Of a stretch of 24,000 nt of DNA, positions 20,766 to 24,000 are shown in pieces. Where the stretch lies: positions 6,086-30,085 of the forward strand of contig JADLHO010000209.1 of the NCBI GenBank assembly GCA_020848735.1, written 5' to 3'. Position numbers and translations under genes: made by a program. Within the stretch, counting starts at the first letter, position 1, and each line of letters begins with the position of its first letter. This DNA is from Planctomycetota bacterium. Lineage in GTDB: Bacteria > Planctomycetota > UBA1135 > UBA2386. Below the pieces are notes generated by a model. It was not told where the DNA came from, searched no databases, and saw only the letters and a list, made by a program, of their open reading frames with translations.

Positions 20766-23639
20766 TCAGTTCCCGAGGACGAGGTGCACGCCGTCCGAGC
20801 TCGTGATGCCGAGCGCGTTCGCACCGGGGTCGAGGCAGATCCACTGCGCCGCGAGCGGCAGGCCGACGAGGGCCTGGTCGTTCGGCACGAGGAATCCGAC
20901 CGGGCGCGCCATGCCGGCGGCGTCGGTGAAGTACGGCACGCTCAGGAGGCCGGTGCCCGCGAGCAGGCGGCAGCCGGTCATGCCGAGCGCGCCGAGATCG
21001 AGGTCCATCGGGGTTCCGAGGTTCATGACGACCGAGCGCGCCGGCACGGCCCCGCGCAGCACGATGCGAAGGGTGCGCCCGATGAAGGGTGCGCCGTACC
21101 AGTCGACGTGCGGGCGGTGGCCGTTGGTCCCGGCACAGCCGACGCCGACGCGGCGCGCCCGCGCGGGCGAGCCGCGGTAGCCGACGTCGATCAGGTACGC
21201 CGAGCCTTCGTCGGAGTAGACGTGATCGGCGTAGGGCGCACCGACCGCGAGGTCGTCGAAGCGATCGCGATCGACGTCGCCGGCCGTCGCGACGCTGGTG
21301 CCGAACTGATCGCCCGGTGCCTCGCCGTTCCAACGGAGGAGCAGCGCACGATCCGCACCCGAGATCACGCGCACGGCGCCGGCATCGGTGCCGCGCTGAT
21401 CGTCCGCCGGTGCGCCGACGACGAGGTCGACGACGCCGTCGCCGTTCACGTCGCCGGCGGCCGCGACGCTCGCGCCGAAGCGATCGCCGCTCACGCCGCT
21501 GCGGAGGGTGGCGAGGAGTGTGCCGGAGCCACCGCGGTAGAGGTTCACGTAGCCGGCGGCATCGGCGCCGATCGCGACCTCGTCGAGGCCATCCCCGTCG
21601 AGGTCGCCCGCAGCGGCGACGCACCAGCCGAACTGGTCGCCGTAGGCCCCGCGCCACGTGTGCAGCAGGGTCCCGAAGCGTCCGGAGTACAGCCTGGCGA
21701 GGCAGGTCGTGTTGCTGTCGAGGTCGCGGTACGCGCCGACCACGAGATCGCGGTAGCCGTCGCCGTCGACGTCGCCGGCACCTGCCACGCTCCACGCGTA
21801 GCCGATCTCGCCGACGGGCATGAACTCGTGCAGCAGGGTCCCGTCGCGTCCCGAGAAGACGCGTGCGTACTGGACCCAGATCCCGGTGAGCGTCGAGAAG
21901 GCCCCGACGATCACGTCGTCGAAGCCATCGGCATCGACATCGCCCGCACCGGCGACGCTGACGCCGAAGCGGTCGAGCGCGAGGACGCCCACGAACTCGT
22001 GGAGCAGCGCACCCGTGCGGCCCGACCAGACGCGCGCGAGCCCGCGCTGACCCAGCGCGAGCGCCGCCCCGGCGATCAGATCGGCATGGCCGTCGCCGTC
22101 GACATCGCCGGCGCCGGCGACGACACGTCCGAGCTCGTCGTTCGTGGCCGTGCCGAAGAACTCGTGGAGCAGCGCGCCATCGACGCCGGAGTAGACGCGC
22201 ACCGCCCCGGAGTGCCAGCCGTTCCGGCTTGCGAAGAACGCGCCCACGACGAGGTCGTCGACTCCGTCTGCGTCCACGTCGCCGGCGTTGGCGACGACGC
22301 GGCCGTGCTGCTCGAACGGCGTATTGCCGTCGATGCGGCGGATCATCCACGGCGCCCCGGGTCGGATCCGGTACGCGCTCGCGGAGCCGTCGTTCAGCTC
22401 GATCGAGTCGTCGAGCGGCGCACCGACGAGGAGCTCGGGCAGCCCGTCCGCATCGAGGTCGCCGGCGGGGGCGAGCGCGCTTCCGAACTCGTCACCCGCC
22501 GAATCGCCGACGAGCAGGGCGAGCAGATCGCCCGTGCGTCCGGATTGGACCTGCACCGCGCCCGAGTCGAGGCCCCGTGCATCGCGGAGCGGTGCGCCGA
22601 ACGCGAGATCGTCGTAGCCGTCGCCGTCGACGTCGCCGAGTCCGGCGACCGCGAAGCCGAGGCGATCGCCCGCGGCGTCGCCGTACGCCGCGCGCAGCAG
22701 CGAGCCGTCGGCGCCGGAGAAGACGAAGGCCGCGCCGCAGTCGGCGCCGCGCGTGTCGTCGGACGGGGCGCCGACGAGCAGGTCCGCGTGGCCGTCGTGG
22801 TCCAGGTCGCCGGCGCCGGCGACGCTCTGCCCGAACCAGTCGTCCGCGTGGTCGCCGTGCAGCGCTCGCAGCAACGAGCCGTCGCGGCCCGAGTGGACGT
22901 ACGCAGAACCCGCGTCGCTCGCGGCATGGTCGTCGAGGTAGGCCCCGACGATGAGGTCGGCGAACGAGTCGCCGTCGACGTCGCCGGCGTTCGCGAGGCT
23001 CCAGCCGAGGTAGTCGTAGGCGGAGTCGCCGTTCACGGTGAAGAGCGTCGCGCCCGTCCGCCCCGAGAAGACGCGCACCGAGCCCGAGTCCGTGCCGTTG
23101 GGATCGTCGCGATAGGCGCCCACGGCGAAGTCCGCCGCACCGTCCTGATCGAGATCGCCGAGCGACGCGAGGCTCACACCGAAGCGGTCCCTCGCCGCGT
23201 CGCCGTAGAGCGCACGGACTTGCACGCCCGTGCGACCCGAGAGCACATAGGCCGCGCCGGCCTCGATCCCATTGCTGTCCTCCAAGGCCGCGCCGATGAG
23301 CAGGTCGGCGTGACCGTCGCCGTCGACATCCCCGGCGCCGGCGACACAGCGGCCGAACTCGTCGCCGCTGTGCGCGCCGTACCAGGTGTGGAGCGTCGCG
23401 CCGGTCGCTCCCGAGTAGACCGCCGCCCAGCCCGCGTCGGTGCCGTAGGTGTCGTCCTTGAAGGCTCCGACGATCAGGTCGCGGACGCCGTCGCGGTCCA
23501 CGTCACCCGCATCGGCGACGGAGAAGCCGAAGCGGCACTCGGCGGCCGGACCGTCCCGGCGCCAGACCGTCTCCTGGGCTGAGACGACGGCGAAGAGGAC
23601 GAGAGGGACTGCAATCCTCATGACGGCTGTCATCGACAT
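20766..23639 (-). CDS. Secreted FG-GAP/integrin-alpha-like repeat protein (14 blades) with a C-terminal roughly 137-aa domain of unknown function
   Basis: Signal M(SMTAVM)RIAVPLVLFAVVSAQE. The start is ambiguous among ATG 23639, 23633 and 23621. There are fourteen F/L-G-x-S-V-A-x-A-G-D-[VL]-[DN]-x-D-G units spaced about 60 aa apart. The C-terminus is VGVGCAGTNG...GMTGCRLL...LDPGANALGITSSDG. The longer 23783 start would overlap the divergent sigma-factor gene and precede the signal peptide. Confidence 0.85.
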   Translation of the reverse strand: MSMTAVMRIAVPLVLFAVVSAQETVWRRDGPAAECRFGFSVADAGDVDRDGVRDLIVGAFKDDTYGTDAGWAAVYSGATGATLHTWYGAHSGDEFGRCVAGAGDVDGDGHADLLIGAALEDSNGIEAGAAYVLSGRTGVQVRALYGDAARDRFGVSLASLGDLDQDGAADFAVGAYRDDPNGTDSGSVRVFSGRTGATLFTVNGDSAYDYLGWSLANAGDVDGDSFADLIVGAYLDDHAASDAGSAYVHSGRDGSLLRALHGDHADDWFGQSVAGAGDLDHDGHADLLVGAPSDDTRGADCGAAFVFSGADGSLLRAAYGDAAGDRLGFAVAGLGDVDGDGYDDLAFGAPLRDARGLDSGAVQVQSGRTGDLLALLVGDSAGDEFGSALAPAGDLDADGLPELLVGAPLDDSIELNDGSASAYRIRPGAPWMIRRIDGNTPFEQHGRVVANAGDVDADGVDDLVVGAFFASRNGWHSGAVRVYSGVDGALLHEFFGTATNDELGRVVAGAGDVDGDGHADLIAGAALALGQRGLARVWSGRTGALLHEFVGVLALDRFGVSVAGAGDVDADGFDDVIVGAFSTLTGIWVQYARVFSGRDGTLLHEFMPVGEIGYAWSVAGAGDVDGDGYRDLVVGAYRDLDSNTTCLARLYSGRFGTLLHTWRGAYGDQFGWCVAAAGDLDGDGLDEVAIGADAAGYVNLYRGGSGTLLATLRSGVSGDRFGASVAAAGDVNGDGVVDLVVGAPADDQRGTDAGAVRVISGADRALLLRWNGEAPGDQFGTSVATAGDVDRDRFDDLAVGAPYADHVYSDEGSAYLIDVGYRGSPARARRVGVGCAGTNGHRPHVDWYGAPFIGRTLRIVLRGAVPARSVVMNLGTPMDLDLGALGMTGCRLLAGTGLLSVPYFTDAAGMARPVGFLVPNDQALVGLPLAAQWICLDPGANALGITSSDGVHLVLGN
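21180..23542 (-). repeat. Intragenic array of 14 FG-GAP repeats (about 180-190 nt period)
   Basis: The Ca-binding-like loops are GDVDRDG, GDVDGDG, GDLDQDG, GDVDGDS, GDLDHDG, GDVDGDG, GDLDADG, then a break (RIRPGAPWMIRRIDGNTPFEQHG), then GDVDADG, GDVDGDG, GDVDADG, GDVDGDG, GDLDGDG, GDVNGDG, GDVDRDR. Confidence 0.85.
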
Positions 23640-23766
23640 GCCTCGCGGGCTTGGACCGATGCGGCGCGCCCACGGCGCCGCCATGGCGCAAACCCGCGGC
23701 AGCGCTCGGGACTTTCGCGGCGCTGCCGCCGCTTGATCGCGGTCCAGGTGCGCGGAAGATCCGCCC

Positions 23767-24000
23767 GTGACCTTCCAGCCCACGCGGTGGAGCCTCGTGA
23801 TGCGGGCGGGCGGCGCGGATGCCGCGGCCCGTCGTGCGCTCGAGGAGCTCTGCGCGCTGTATTGGCCGCCGGTCTATGCGCTCTACCGGCGAGCGGGTCT
23901 CGAGCCCGAATCGGCGCGCGACCTCACCCAATCGCTCTTCGCCGACCTGCTCGGGCGCCATGACCTCGAGCGCGTCGATCCGCAGCGAGGCAGCTTCCGC
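23767..24000 (+). CDS. ECF-type sigma-70 family RNA polymerase sigma factor, 5' fragment (runs off the window)
   Basis: The frame opens after TGA 23734-23736. GTG at 23767 gives VTFQPTRWSLVMRAGGADAAARRALEELCALYWPPVYALYRRAGLEPESARDLTQSLFADLLGRHDLERVDPQRGSFR. This matches the T-x-WSL...Y-x-P-x-Y...RR-G...A-x-DLTQ-x-F...RG-x-FR N-terminal pattern of a widespread ECF sigma group, from memory. The gene is absent from the supplied ORF track and its start codon is uncertain. Confidence 0.6.
   Translation, partial: MTFQPTRWSLVMRAGGADAAARRALEELCALYWPPVYALYRRAGLEPESARDLTQSLFADLLGRHDLERVDPQRGSFR

Noticed and set aside
20688-23582. 964-aa ORF on the plus strand, and the 535-aa ORF 20743..22350 on the minus strand, over the FG-GAP gene
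   Set aside because: One is antisense to, and the other out of frame with, a gene carrying 14 clean FG-GAP repeats. The translations are Arg/Ala/Glu-rich or Arg-rich with no recognisable domains.
23640-23783. Longer start (ATG 23783, MGWKVTGG...) for the FG-GAP protein
   Set aside because: It would add about 50 non-hydrophobic residues ahead of an otherwise canonical signal peptide. It would also overlap the divergent ECF sigma gene start at 23767.
1-24000. Search for tRNA/rRNA genes, CRISPR arrays, toxin-antitoxin or defence-island signatures
   Set aside because: There are no AT-rich islands, no short direct repeats with unique spacers, no cloverleaf-like conserved segments, and no small paired ORFs. 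The only periodic repeats are intragenic: FG-GAP blades, the Pro-rich 11-mers and the heme modules.

Overview
About 24 kb of very GC-rich (about 70% by eye, not computed) bacterial chromosome. It is almost fully coding. I see no rRNA or tRNA genes, CRISPR arrays, transposases or phage genes. Long ORFs on the opposite strand or out of frame are common and are treated as GC-driven shadows.

(1) 2-10123, + strand: five co-directional genes carry 39 heme-binding motifs. They are a membrane-anchored NapC/NirT-like cytochrome (5' partial), a secreted beta-barrel with a long Pro-rich N-terminus, a 13-heme cytochrome whose start overlaps the barrel stop, and two tandem paralogous decaheme lipoproteins with OmcA/MtrC hallmarks. 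I read this as a candidate porin-cytochrome extracellular electron-transfer conduit. Its architecture is hybrid and not the canonical MtrCAB arrangement. This is the most interesting part of the window.

(2) 10245-13848: an orphan lipoprotein transcribed divergently from a membrane Ser/Thr kinase with a TPR-like ectodomain.

(3) 13845-18067: a textbook RNA-repair locus, rtcB-rtcA (minus strand) divergent from the sigma54 activator rtcR, with a candidate -24/-12 promoter.

(4) 18027-23639, minus strand: an apparent operon of a 14-blade FG-GAP protein, a class-C-like serine hydrolase and a secreted protein. The secreted protein shares a roughly 135-aa C-terminal domain with the FG-GAP protein.

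(5) 23767-24000: the 5' end of an ECF-type sigma factor, divergent from that operon.

All homology statements come from motif recognition by eye and memory. No database search was run.
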